Shown: one piece after another, positions 1 through 13,165 of the stretch | Numbering within the stretch: position 1 is the first letter of the stretch | Layout of the letters: each line of letters starts with the position of its first letter | Assembly: GCF_006345805.1 (NCBI RefSeq) | Contig: NW_021832859.1 | Coordinates: 1-64,000 of the forward strand | DNA from: Octopus sinensis | Taxonomy: Eukaryota | Direction: 5' to 3' | DNA: 64,000 nucleotides | The notes under the pieces: model-generated | Databases searched by the model: none | Told to the model about the DNA's origin: nothing | The model's input: the letters and a program-made list of their open reading frames with translations, nothing else | Translations under genes and position numbers: made by a program

Positions 1-130
1 TTCACAAACGAACCGCTATTCATGCGAAGAGAAATAATCTGCTGAGCAAACACTATATTGGCAAAAACATACGTGCAAGTATGTATATATAGGTATGTAC
101 ATATCCATCCGTCCGTCCATCTATCCAGTG

Positions 131-780
131 TACCTACCTATCTACCTACCTACCTATCTGTCTACCTATCTGTCTACCTATCTACCTATCTACCTACCTA
201 CCTATCTGTCTACCTACCTACCTACCTACCTATCTACCTACCTACCTACCTATCTACCTACCTACCTATCTGTCTACCTACCTACCTACCTACCTATCTA
301 CCTACCTACCTACCTACCTGCCTACCTACCTATCTACCTATCTACCTACCTACCTACCTAACTACCTACCTACCTACCAACCTATCTGTCTACCTACCAA
401 CCTACCTACCTACCTACCTACCTACCTACCTACCTACCTACCTACCTACCTATCTACCTACCTACCTATCTGTCTACCTACCTACCTACCTACCTATCTA
501 CCTACCTACCTACCTGTCTACCTACATATCTGTCTACCTACCTAACTACCTACATACCTACCTACTTACCTACCTACCTGCCTACCTACCTATCTACCTA
601 TCTACCTACCTACCTACCTAACTACCTACCTACCTACCAACCTATCTGTCTACCTACCAACCTACCTACCTACCTACCTACCTACCTACCTACCTACTAC
701 CCTACCTACTTATCTGTCTACCTACCTACGTATCTGTCTACCTACCTAGCTGTCTACATACATACCTACCTACCTACATA
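131..780. repeat. (TACC)n/(TATC)n tetranucleotide microsatellite
   Basis: Continuous tacc/tatc units; the [11 protein letters not shown] at 58-621 is only its translation. Confidence 0.95.
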
Positions 781-1567
781 TCTGTTTTTGTATAGATGAA
801 AGCATGCAATAGTTCGCGAAGACAGAGCTGACAAAGTGCAGGCCCCGTGTTAGTAAGACAGGTTCGCGTTGATGACGGTCCAGTTGATGTTGAGTGATTC
901 ATTAAGGTGTATGCGTATGCACGCACTTACAGCGTATAAAAAAATTTAATAACAAGTAATTATTGTCAGCATTTTCACAGCAATATTGCAATTTTAACGT
1001 TTTCCTTTCATCTTATTTCTACTTGAAATTTCTCCGCGTGATCCCTCACCACTTCTACAATCCATAGGAGGAACGTATCCGAAGAGTGATAGAAATTAAG
1101 TCTAGCATTTCTCTTAGCGCAAGAGCAATGATAGCAATTAATGTTTGGGAAATTTTGCAATGTCGTTGATATTTGTGATTTCACCCCATGGCATCATGTT
1201 TAACTACATACACACAAAAACACGCACAACTAGACACACACACACGCACAACTAAACACACACATACTCACACACACACATATATACATCTATCTATCTG
1301 ATCCCTATTGATCGTCACTTTTTTTTCCACGTTCCCTTTTGACCGGAATCCGACCAATCTTATTTTTCTTCCTTCTTCCCAAAAAGAAAAGCTCTACTTT
1401 GTGTTTTGTCCCTTCTGTGTTCAGCACTGCGTGGCCAAAAACAAAAAAAAAAAAAAAGAAATCTATTTATTTATCTACATACATACATACATACATACCT
1501 GCATAATACAGACACGCATATATTCATACATATACCGTTTAGTTTTAAGATATATATCGTAGATGAT

Positions 1568-1848
1568 GTAAAGTATAGAAGCCATCTTAACATGGCTAAC
1601 TACATAGGGGAGGGGGATGTTACTGTAGCTTTATAGCCCCAGAAAATCGTCGTCTCCAGCTGGCATTAGACACCATTTCAGTGCCCTTGAAATATTTGCA
1701 AGAGAGGCCATCCCTTTGCAAATACTTCAAGGGCACTGAAATGGTGTCTAAAGCCAGCTGGAGACGACGATCTCCTGGGGCTATAAAGCTACAGTAACAC
1801 ACCCTCCCCTATGTGGTTAGCCATGTTAATATGGCTTCTATACTTTAC
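1568..1848. repeat. ~280-bp near-perfect fold-back (inverted repeat) of the repeat family also at 29.9-30.2 kb and 31.0-31.4 kb
   Basis: gtaaagtatagaagccatcttaacatggctaac... is the reverse complement of ...gttagccatgttaatatggcttctatactttac; centre near gagaggccatccc; arms align to 30977-31110 and 31245-31379. Confidence 0.9.
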
Positions 1849-2320
1849 GTTATCGAGCGATTACTGTTTCAATCTCATTCTGAGATTTAATAATGCCTAT
1901 CGTAGATGCTTTTGGTTATATCGCCAGTATTGTTTTCAGAGTACCACGATCATCAGGACAAGACTTCAGTTACGCCAGCCGGAGCTCCATATGCGTGTGA
2001 TTACAGCAGCAGCAAGCTGCTGTTCTGCAGTCTTTATCCAAATATAATCAGTGGCCATCCCTGGCAGGGAAGGCCACTAATTTATAACCCACATCTCTGC
2101 CATATACACGTATGTGTGTATACACACACACATATCTTTACATACATTACTATATGTATAGTGGATGTAACATGTCAGCCACTATATAACGATTGAGCTT
2201 TCTGTATATCTTCATACAGAGATGAATACGTGTACACATATAGACATGTACAGATTTGGCTACACATGTAACTGCGTATATCTATCTATCTTTATCTCTT
2301 TCTCTGTATATATCTGTGTA

Positions 2321-2361
<41 letters not shown>

Positions 2362-2431
2362 ACACACACACACACATATATATAAATATATATATATACT
2401 TTATTTAAAGCAGCAGAAAATTCAACAAAAT

Positions 2432-2469
2432 CTGTTACTCTGAGTTTCTCGTTGCCGTTCATCAGACAG
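2432..2469 (-). ncRNA. Minimal type I hammerhead ribozyme motif in a short Penelope-like terminal repeat
   Basis: Minus strand reads CTGT-CTGATGA-ACG GCAA CGA-GAAA-CTCAGAGT-A-ACAG: stem I CTGT/ACAG, GNRA-capped stem II, near-palindromic stem III, GUA site. Related copies at 6121-6263 (+) and 19180-19349. Confidence 0.65.
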
Positions 2470-3157
2470 TTTTTGTTATATATATACATAGGTATATATA
2501 TATATATACATATGTATACAAATGTATTTTATATATATATAAATACACACGCGGTGTGTGTATTCTTTTTTCTCTTGTGTGTGTATATATATATATATAT
2601 ATATAATTATAATATATATATATGTATGTATAATCACACACACACATGTATGCCTGCGTATATCTCTCTATACGTGAGCTCGTTTACACGTTTGCATAGC
2701 CTAGAATCTGCAATATTTCCATGACAGCAAAGACATTATTAAAGAAATAAACAATTCTCCGATGCCGTCTGTTATCGGCTTTTGCTATTTTGCCGTAAAG
2801 TATTACGGAAGAGAATTTTTCACTAGAATTTTATAAGCCCTTTTTAATCCTTCCAGCTATTATCCTTTTATTGCTTACCATTTTCCTAGTCTTTTTTGTT
2901 TCCATCTCTTCCACTCCACGTCAAGTGCACTAAATGCTATGTACGGTATAGATTACTTGTGCATTGTTAACGCTCTGGATACACACTTTCAAAGAGCAGA
3001 ATTTTATTGGATGCGAACGGTTATGGATTGCAAATAGCAGGAAGGGGGCAGCAGGGATAGATGGAGTGAATGTCGCTTTGCCTCGGGAGCAAGGGTAAGT
3101 AGTTGACACTGTATATACGATCTTATACACACGCGCGCACACATACACATATGAATG

Positions 3158-3196
<39 letters not shown>

Positions 3197-3651
3197 ATAT
3201 ATATGTCTGTGTGTAAGAATATATATATATGTCTGTGTGTAAGAATATATATATATGGTGTGTGTAAGAGTATATATATATATGTGTGTGTGTAAGAGTA
3301 TATATATTTATATGTGTGTATGTGTATGTGTGTGTATGTGTATATGTATGCGCATGTGTGTGTAAGTGTATATATATATATGTGTATGTGTATATATATA
3401 TGTGTGTGTGCATGTGTATATATATGTGTGTGTGTGCATGTGTATATATATGTGTGTGTGTGTATGCATGTATTTGCTTGTATATGTATATAGGTATGTA
3501 TACAAGGATTTGTGTATATATGTAGATATATCTGGTAATTGATCGTTTGAAAATAAGAACAATATCACAAATGGAAACTGTGTGAAGGCACGATTCGATT
3601 TCACCACTTGTGAATCTTAAAGTAGCTGTCACCTTCCATATCCACATAGGA

Positions 3652-4055
3652 ACACACACGCACACATTCACACACGCACACATTCACACACGCACACATT
3701 CACACACGCACACATTCACACACGCACACATTCACACACGCACACATCCACACACGCACACATTCACACACGCACACATCCACACACGCACACATTCACA
3801 CACGCACACATACATTACACACGCACACATTCACACACGCACACATACATTCACACACGCACACATTCACACACGCACACATTCACACACGCACACATTC
3901 ACACACGCACACATTCACACACACATACATCCACACACGCACACATTCACACACGCACACATTCACACACGCACACACATTCACACACGCACACATTCAC
4001 ACATACACACACATTCGCACACACACATAGCCACTCACACGCAACCACGCACACA
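3652..4055. repeat. CA-rich degenerate tandem repeat (cacacgcacacattca units)
   Basis: Direct reading; the His/Thr-rich ORF is an artefact. Confidence 0.9.
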
Positions 4056-4532
4056 CAGATGCGTATATGGTCATATATATATATATATGTATAAATACAC
4101 GTGTTGTCATCTACGTGCAAACAAATATGTGTATATATCTATATGTATAGATGTGTATACATGTATCTGTGTTTACATACAACCACATAAAAATTATACA
4201 TTATATCACGCATATATACATACATGTATATTTATATATATATGTATATACATGTGTGTATTTGTTGCATATATTTATATCTGCCTCTGTTTTTGTACGT
4301 GTGTACGTGAGTGTTTGAAAACAAATCTAGAGAATCTAGAGAATTATTTCCTCTCGACACTACACGCACGTTCCGTTGGCGAGTGTCCGAATTAGGCAAT
4401 CTGCTCTTGGGGAAGCTTTTTAGGTCTTCGCTTCCTCTTAAATATATACTATGTCAATTGTATTGCGATAATTAATTACGTGACTCTCCACTTTTGTTCT
4501 TCATGCATTGGCTCTGTTTTTGATCCTAACTA

Positions 4533-4735
4533 TACTCTTTTATTTGTTTCAGTCATTGGACTGCGACCATGCTGGAGCACCGCCTTTTAGTCGAGCAAAT
4601 AAGACGCTAGGACTTATTCTTTGTAAACCTAGTACTTATTCTATCCGTCTGTTTCGCCGAACCGCTAAGTTACAGGGACGTAACGCACCAGCATTGGTTG
4701 TCAATGCGATGTTTTGATAACAGACACACAAAGTT
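4533..4735 (-). mobile_element. SINE family A, 3' half
   Basis: Reverse complement of the 3' half of the full copy at 8969-9381. Confidence 0.85.
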
Positions 4736-4766
4736 ACACACACACACACACACACCACATACACAC

Positions 4767-4815
<49 letters not shown>

Positions 4816-4822
4816 TTCTGAC

Positions 4823-5212
4823 AGCGGCGAGCTGGCAGAAACGTTAGCGCGCCGGGCGAAACGCTTAGCGTTGTTTCGTCTGCCGCTACGTTCTGAGTTC
4901 AAATTCTGCCGAGGTCGACTTTGCCTTTCATCCTTTCGTGGTCGATGAAATAAGTACCAGTTACGTACGGGGGTCGGTGTAATCGACTTAATCCCTTTGT
5001 CTGTCCTTCTTGGTCCTCACTGTGTTTAGCACCTTGTGGGCAGTAAGGAAATTGGTATTTGTCTGCCGTTAGTTTCTGAGTCCAAATTCCGCCGAGGTCG
5101 ACTTTGCCTTTCATCCTTTCGGGGTAGATTAAATAAGTACTAGTTACGCACGGGGGTCGATGTAATCGACTTAGTCCCTTTGTCTGTCCTCGTTTTTCCC
5201 CTCTATGTTTAG
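4823..5212 (+). mobile_element. SINE family B (ggcggcgagctggcagaa head): full unit plus a tandem 5'-truncated second unit
   Basis: tRNA-like head with B-box gagttcaaattc; the second unit restarts at tatttgtctgccg (~5057). Confidence 0.85.
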
Positions 5213-5254
5213 ACACACATACATGCATATGTACACACACCTGCACACACACTT

Positions 5255-5367
5255 AGTATTAATAACGAAAACGGAGATTTTTCACATCCATAAGTGTATT
5301 CAGTTATTTACAACATTTTTCGGGACCTACACGTGTTTCAACTGCAGCGACTGCACACTGTTGCCTA
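5255..5367 (+). repeat. Dispersed repeat, inverted copy at 37083-37195
   Basis: gtattaataacgaaaacggagatttttcacatcc...cacactgttgccta matches the reverse complement of 37083-37195. Confidence 0.85.
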
Positions 5368-5520
5368 GATTTTGATTGGAAGACTAAGATTCGGATCTTT
5401 TCGGTTTGAACGGCAGTTTTTTCTAGCGGTGTCATATGAAATTGTCACCCATAATTATGAACCTAGTTGCGATCTAGGGCATTTCAATCTGTTTTAGGGT
5501 TAGGGTTAGAGTTAGGTTTA
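5368..5520 (+). mobile_element. Truncated copy of the TTAGGG-containing MITE at 23193-23601, including its 25-bp left flank
   Basis: Near-identical to 23168-23318. Confidence 0.85.
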
Positions 5521-5719
5521 GAATAGTTACTATAGAAAAGTTATGTAATACAGAGTGAACAGGAGAAATGAAAACAAGCGTGAGATACGTAAAGATATTG
5601 TAGCTGCAGTTCCATTATTTAAGCAGAATGGTGTATATATGTTTCCTCTACCATGTGTATGAGTTCTAATGGTATCTATAGTTGGTCATTCCAAGCATAG
5701 TCTTGTACACGGTGTTATT

Positions 5720-6072
5720 CGATAGCTGAGTGGTAAGTAGCTTGCTTACCAACCACATGGTTCCGGGTTCAAGGATTTGGTCAGCTCGGGCTAACCAAAT
5801 CCTTGAATCCTTGAAAGAAGCCCGTCGTATGTATGTATATATATATATATATGAAGTATATGTGTATATGTTTGTGTGTCTCTGTTTCCCCCCCCCCCAA
5901 CATCGCTTGACAACCGATGCTGGTGTGCTTACGTCCCCGTAACTTAGCGGTTCGGTAAAAGAGACGGATAGAATAAGTACTAGGCTTACAAAGAATAAGT
6001 CCTGGCATCGATTACTTCGACTAAAGGCTGTGCTCCGAAACGCCCGCAGTCAAATGACTGAAACAAGCAAGA
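5720..6072 (+). mobile_element. SINE family A, internally deleted
   Basis: Head gctgagtggtaagtagcttgcttaccaaccacatggttccgggttca, central microsatellite, tail gcagtcaaatgactgaaacaag. Confidence 0.85.
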
Positions 6073-6120
6073 TATATATATATATATATAATATATATAT
6101 ATATTATATACACATATAAA

Positions 6121-6261
6121 CTGTCGACGAACGGAAAACGTGAAACTCAGAGTAACAGGTTTTGTTGAATTTTCTGGTGTGCTTTAAATAAAGCATATTA
6201 CTACCACTGGTATTTGAGTACTCTTTTTTTCCACCTTGTTTCACATTTATGTGTTTACTCC

Positions 6262-6263
<2 letters not shown>
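6121..6263 (+). mobile_element. Short hammerhead-bearing repeat (same family as 2395-2480); core carries a deletion
   Basis: ctgt-c(-)gacga-acg gaaaa cgt-gaaactcagagta-acag, then a tail shared with 19180-19270. Confidence 0.7.
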
Positions 6264-6316
<53 letters not shown>

Positions 6317-6877
6317 CAGAACTGCTAGGAAGATTAAGCAAATATTTTACTATCTTACTATCACCAACATCAGCTTGAGGGCTGAACACCTAATCCAAAT
6401 TTGTTTGCTGATGATGCATCATTTTTGTACAACTCGGTATAGGAACATTTATCAGAGAAATATATGCAGAACTTCATCTATAAGTGCCGTCTCTCTCTCT
6501 CTCTCTCAATTGTTAGAAGTTATTTAAGAGTTATCCCATGTTGATCGATTGGCTGGAGCAAAGAAGTTGTATTCTAAGTATATCTTCTACTCAAGTTCAT
6601 CCATTTTGTCTGGTATTGTACATTTCTGCGACACAACAGAGAGAAAAAAATCCAGAAGTTTGTAAAATACTCTTTGAAAATCTTCTTTATCGTTCATACC
6701 TCGTTTGAACGCAAAATCTGATTTAAATTAAATTTCGTTAAACCCTCGAAAATCATCCTTGCATTTTGGGAGAAATGCACGTGAAGGGGGCTAGGCTTTA
6801 TTTTCTCCCCATAAGAAGTGTATATATATATATATGTATATATACATACGTACACACACATGTACACACATATACAC

Positions 6878-6918
<41 letters not shown>

Positions 6919-8261
6919 TTTTTGTGCCTCAATATATGTCTATGTATCTAATAAGAAAACTTCCTCGATACCTTCCTATCAATTTCTTTCTCCTTTTGCC
7001 TTAGTGTCAGACGACGGGCAACATCCCGACATGTTAGACTATTCTCATTACACAGTAGCATAAATCATAGAAATGTTCCTAGTACAGTTCCGTGAACTAG
7101 TAGTTCCCTCCGAAAAACCACGATTTATAGTCTGCCAAATGAAATGTCTTTCAAGTCTGTTGGTATGTGTTCTTTGTAAAGGTTTGCGAAATAGAATTTC
7201 TTATTTGAAGTACATTCTTAGAAATTCTTCGCGTTTTCGATCATGCCATGCTATTCGTTGCACAAAACCGCTTATATATCTTTTATTATCTGCGTGTTTT
7301 CCTGGAACTAAAATTCTTGCTATTTGAATTCATGTAATATAAACCGGCAGGATTGTATTTTTTTTTTAACACTTAACTTAACCCTTCTGTTATGCTCGTC
7401 AAATAAGACCAAATTCCAAAGGAAAGCAATTCAATACATATTGAAATTATCTGAAAGGCTGTTTTTTTCCTATGCCGATATTTTCCAGTGTAAGAGTTTC
7501 CGTAGGATATTGCCATATCTTTATTCTACCATTTCTTACATTCAAAGAGGTGCCTTTTGTCATTGAAAGAAAAAGAGAAAGGAAAGAATATACCTGAAGA
7601 ATGTTGATGTTGACAGAGCATTTATTGAATGACACCGGTATCATTTGCAGATGTATAAATATACATTAATAAAGGGGGGAAAAATGAATAAATATAAACA
7701 AACATGAAGAAGTAAAAAAGTAGGGCTTTAACCATGGTGTCAACATTCACAATGTTTTAATACATACGACGACAGGAAACACCGTTCCACCATAAAACAC
7801 TTTACATTTCTAAGACCTCTCAAGTAACAATATGCTCACAATCAAATTGATTTTTAGATAAAAAAATCCAACTCCGTTCATACATGATTGTATTCTGTTA
7901 ACCTATAGTGACTGAAAAGCATCATTTCTGCTTGAAGCTGTTACGTAGGAAGGTGAAAATTCGAATACTTGTCTCACTAAAAATGTACTTCAATAAACTA
8001 GTATTTTACCTCTTTAGTTCGTTCTTTGTCCTACCAATGAATAAGCTATACAAAATTTTGCTATATAAAACTATATTCCGTGAGGAGACATTTTAGACTG
8101 TTGGCATATAAAAAAATATATAAATGAGAAGATTTTAAGAAATATTTTGACATACAATGAGTTCATCTAAATTTTAGTCTCGGAAGAAGTTCTTAGCCCG
8201 AAACGTCCAGCATGCTTATTGACAAGGCATATACATACATACATACATACATACATACTAC

Positions 8262-8320
<59 letters not shown>

Positions 8321-8968
8321 TAATAACAACGGGTAAAATTAATTAATTAAGTAGTAATCATAATTTCACCAAGTAGAGTCCCTTTTTCCGGGAGTCCCTT
8401 TTTAAAGTAGAAGAAATAGCTAAGGTTCTTTGGCTGCTATTTCTAAACTTCGGTATGTGGTAAAGCAAATCTTTGCTGAACCCTAATTATAAAGTATATA
8501 TATATATATATGGTAAGCAGAGTTAGTGGTTGCAGTAACCGACTAAGGGACAAAATATCCGTATTTACAATAACTGACAATTATCTGTGCTATCCCTGGG
8601 CACACCTTGCTCATAGGGTACAAGTAACAACAGAATAAACAAAAATTTATCAGCAATCAAATTTAAATAATGAGAAAATGGAGAAAACCTTTTATCAACA
8701 CAAACGACTTGGACCTCAACGGTAGATTAGTTTTTAAATCGAAAAGATGATATAGCATGCACAAATAAGGATACAGGTCATAGGACAGAATGGACTAAGT
8801 GAAGCAGGTGGACACACATGGACGGAAAGGGTCGCTGAAGAGGTCACAGATGTGTGACGAAAGGTTTCCGGACAATGGATATAAGATAAAATAGGAACAG
8901 TAATAACCGAGTGAAGAACGAATATATAGTGCGTATGTTTATTTGACAAGTTAAAAAGAAAGTGACCA

Positions 8969-9381
8969 GGCGCAGGAGTGGCTGTGTGGTAAGTAGCTTG
9001 CTAACCAACCACATGGTTCCGGGTTCAGTCCCAATGCGTGGCATCTTGGGCAAGTGTCTTCTGCTATAGCCCCGGGCTGACCAATGCCTTGTGAGTGGAT
9101 TTGGTAGACGGAAACTGAAAGAAGCCTGTCGTATATATGTATATGTATTTATAAGTGTGTGTGTATATGTTTGTGTGTCTGTATTTGTCCCCTTAGCATT
9201 GCTTGACAACCGATGCTGGTGTGTTTACGTCCCCGTCACTAAGCGGTTCGGCAACAGAGACCGATAGAATAAGTACTGGGCTTACAAAGAATAAGTCCCG
9301 GGGTCGATTTACTCGACTAAAGGCGGTGCTCCAGCATGGCCGCAGTCAAATGACTGAAACAAGTAAAAGAGTAAAAGAGTA
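8969..9381 (+). mobile_element. Full-length tRNA-derived SINE, family A
   Basis: A-box tggctgtgtgg, B-box ggttcagtccc, internal (TA)/(TG) microsatellite, (aaaagagt)n tail; more than 10 copies in the window. Probably one of the described octopus SINE families (not verified). Confidence 0.9.
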
Positions 9382-9748
9382 TCCCGAAATATATTTCAAC
9401 ACGTGGTTACACATTCAGAAGTCATGCAACTCAAATCAATAAACGGATATATATTTCTGCTTCGAATATCATACGGTATTGCCATTGAAAATTCTGAAAA
9501 TAATATTTTCAGAAATAAAAAAAGGAATAATTGATGAGTCAGTTGTTGTTGATTAATATTTGTCCATTTTGTGTGTACTTCAAATTTGACTCCTGATAAG
9601 CTCATGTATATCTTTGTCATTACCTGTAATCTATAAGCATAATATGCTCGCATATGTATGTCCAGGTTTAATATGCGTAATTATACCGATAGTATAACGG
9701 GTATCTTTATACCTTAGACCGTTATTGCAACTCTAATAATCTTATATA

Positions 9749-10080
9749 AGTGAAGGCGCATGGCTTAGTGGTTAGGGCATTCGGCTGACGATTGTAAGGT
9801 CATGAGTTCGATTCTCGGCGATGCGTTGTGTCCTTGAGCAAGACACTTTATTTCACGTTGCTCCAGTCCACTCAGCTGGCAAAAATGAGTTGTACCTGTA
9901 TTTCAAAGGGCCGGCCTTGTCACACTCTGTGTCACGCTGAATCTCCCTGAGAACTACGTTAAGGGTACTCGTGTCTGTGGATTGCTCAGTCACTTGCACG
10001 TTAATTCCACGAGCAAGCTGTTCCGTTGATCGTATCAGCTGGGACCCTCGTCGTCGTAACCGACGGAGTGCTCTTTTTTT
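9749..10080 (+). mobile_element. Full-length tRNA-derived SINE, family C, with 15-bp TSD
   Basis: A-box tggcttagtgg, B-box gagttcgattc, CORE-like central block ttgtgtccttgagcaagacacttt; TSD taataatcttatata at 9734-9748 and 10081-10095. Confidence 0.9.
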
Positions 10081-10099
10081 TAATAATCTTATATATATA

Positions 10100-10267
10100 T
10101 GTATACGACGGGCTTCTTTCAATTTCCCTCTACCAAATCCTTTCACAAGGCTTTGGTCCACCCGAGGGTATAGTAGAAGATACTTGCCGAAGGTGCCACG
10201 CAATGGAACTGAACCCGGAACAATGTGGTTGGTAAGCAAGCTATTTACTACACATCCACTCTTGCGA
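10100..10267 (-). mobile_element. SINE family A, 5' half
   Basis: Reverse complement of the family A head and centre. Confidence 0.85.
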
Positions 10268-10268
10268 A

Positions 10269-10269
<1 letters not shown>

Positions 10270-10332
<63 letters not shown>

Positions 10333-10362
10333 CATCTATCTATCTATCTATCTATCTGTCTG

Positions 10363-10453
<91 letters not shown>
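10270..10453. repeat. (TATC)n microsatellite
   Basis: Direct reading. Confidence 0.95.
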
Positions 10454-10454
<1 letters not shown>

Positions 10455-11188
10455 ACTTTATGCTATAGGTAAAAAAAACACTCATGTTTTGGAGAAGGGT
10501 ACAAGTTGATTACATCGAACCCCGATACTCAACTAGCGCTTATTTCATCCACCACGAAGGGATGAGTGGCAAGTAAACATAGGCAAAATTTGAACTCGAC
10601 ATAATGACGAAAGGCCTCTGACGATTCTGCCTACTCACAACGTTCTTTCGTATATACACATATATGTACAAACACACGTAAGTTACAGAGAGAGAGAGAG
10701 AGAGAGATTAGAACACATTAATACACACGTACACGCACTCACATACACACACACACGTACATGCACTCACACACACACACACACACACACACACATTTGT
10801 AGTGGTACGTGTGGTTTGGCGATTTTTGATTTTTCAAATGCTCCTTGTGTAATCAAGTGTAATATTTTCTCGAAGCTGAGCAATCAATTGAATAACAGCG
10901 AAAACAGTGAATTACTAACACAGTTTGTCTTGCTGCCGTACAGGAGAAGATAACTATGTACTTAAACTCGGCAGAGTGGCAAAATAATCTTTGAAACATA
11001 TCAGGCGAAATAAAAGTTTGATTGCCGTTAAAAGGGAAAATTTAGATTTCTTAAGAAATAAAGTTTCGTAATGTCTGAGACCTCTTGTTTTTGCACCGCC
11101 TGATTCGAAATGTTCAATGCACACCAATCACGCTCGCCTATGAATATGCAGCAACAGAATAACTGTATATACGCACATACGTATATAA

Positions 11189-11571
11189 GGCGCAGGAGTG
11201 GCTGTGTGGTAAGTAGCTTGCTAACCAACCACATGGTTCCGGGTTCAGTCCCACTGCATGGCATCTTGGCCAAGTGTCTTCTGCTATAGCCCCGGGCCGA
11301 CCAATGCCTTGTGAGTGGATTTGGTAGACGGAAACTGAAAGAAGCCTGTTGTATATATGTATATATATATATATGTGTGTGTGTTTGTCCCCCTAGCATT
11401 GCCTGACAACCGATGCTGGTGTGTTTATGTCCCCGTCACTTAGCGGTTCGGCAAAAAGAGACCGATAGAATAAGTACTGGGCTTACAAAGAATAAGTCCC
11501 GGGGTCGATTTGCTCGACTAAAGGCAGTGCTCCAGCATGGCCGCAGCCAAATGACTGAAACAAATAAAAGA
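11189..11571 (+). mobile_element. Full-length SINE family A
   Basis: Aligns end-to-end with 8969-9381. Confidence 0.9.
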
Positions 11572-11743
11572 GAGAGAGAGATACCTATATGCACGCAAAC
11601 ATGTATTTATGTCGTGTAGGCTGTGTGCTTATATCTCTGATTGTCTCTGTTTGTCAGTGTGGCTTACTCTTCCTCCTTCACTCCCTCCCTCCCGCTGAAA
11701 CATCTCCCTCCTTCTCTCCCTCTCCTTCTATACATACATATAT

Positions 11744-12153
11744 GCGTTGGAATGGCTGTGTAGTAAGTAGTTTACGTACGAACCACATGGTTCCAGGTTC
11801 AGTCCCACTGCGTGGCAACATGGACACGTGTCTCCTACTATATCCTCGGGCTGACCAAAGCCTTGTGAGTGGATTTGGTAGACGGAAACTGAAAGAAGCC
11901 TGTAGTATAAATATGTATTTATATATATATATATATATACTTGTGTGTGTTTGTGTGTTTGTTCTCCCCCCACCCCACAACATCGCTTGACAACCGATGC
12001 TGGTGTGTAAACGTCCCTGTAACTTAGCGGTTCGGCAAAAGACACGATAGAATAAGTACTGGGCTGACAAAGAATAAATCCTGGGGTTGATTTGTTCGAC
12101 TAAATGCAATACTCCAGCATGGCCGCTGTCAAATGACTGAACAAGTAAAAGAG

Positions 12154-12155
<2 letters not shown>
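11744..12155 (+). mobile_element. Full-length SINE family A (more diverged)
   Basis: Aligns end-to-end with 8969-9381. Confidence 0.85.
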
Positions 12156-12218
<63 letters not shown>

Positions 12219-12348
12219 CACACAACTGAAAAACACAAACACATGCGACACACTCTCACTCTAAAATATGTCCACGTTTACATATGCACATACGTACACT
12301 CAAACAAGTGTCTGTGTGTCCATGTCTGTGTATATGGTCCATATGTGT

Positions 12349-12385
<37 letters not shown>

Positions 12386-12504
12386 GAGAGAGAGAGGGGT
12401 TACAAGAAACAATGAATTTTTTAGGACAAAAATAAACGAGTGGAAATAGAACCACTGAGTCCGTTAATTAAGGTATTAAAGTAATTAAGGTATTTTATCT
12501 CATT

Positions 12505-12775
12505 TGCTTTGCGGGAAGGACTGTTTCAACGAAGTCGCGTCTTGTGCTTACCTTTGAACGCGGAGTAGCTGAACTAGGGACAACTGAAGAAGGGGAATAT
12601 TCCTTGTGTTTTGTCTTGTTTTTCTGATTTTTCGTTGTTTAAAAAAAAGTTCGTTTCCATGATTTTGTTTATATGTTTTCGTTTCTCATTGTGTTCAACG
12701 TTTTTTGGTGACCTGTAACCACATATCCATGTATATATACATATAGCTGTAGGTATGTACATATATGTATATATG
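12505..12775 (+). mobile_element. Dispersed ~280-bp repeat carrying a rearranged hammerhead motif (copy A, GAAA damaged)
   Basis: cgcgt-c-ttgtgc-ttaccttt-gaacgcg...gggacaa-ctgaaga-agggg at 12536-12595; tail aligns to 24315-24505. Confidence 0.75.
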
Positions 12776-13120
12776 CATATGTTTATATATGTTATTTATG
12801 TTATTTCAATATATATATATAATTTAGGCGTCTTGCTGATGAAACCAGCCTTAGCAAACATATTCTGTGTTTTGCTAGAAAGAGGTAGAAACTGATATCA
12901 GTCCGAGATATAAAGTTATCGGTAAAATGGTTTTGATTTTCACTCTCGATAAATTTATCTCCTTTTTGTGTTTCAGCACGGATCCTTTTAGGAGCCCTTA
13001 ATTATATTTCTACATGAATAATATTTTCTATATGAATAATATTTTGTCTAATGAATATTCGTCTTTTGTGCTGAGCCACTGTTTAGTAATCTATATTATT
13101 ACCCTTTTTGTTTTATTCGT

Positions 13121-13165
<45 letters not shown>

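Noticed and set aside
58-621. 187-aa PTYL-repeat ORF
   Set aside because: Translation of a (TACC)n microsatellite; the same applies to the YI/HT/VC/SIYL-rich ORFs throughout the track.
8969-9045. tRNA-like sequences at SINE heads
   Set aside because: A/B boxes are present but each continues into SINE body and tail; not tRNA genes.
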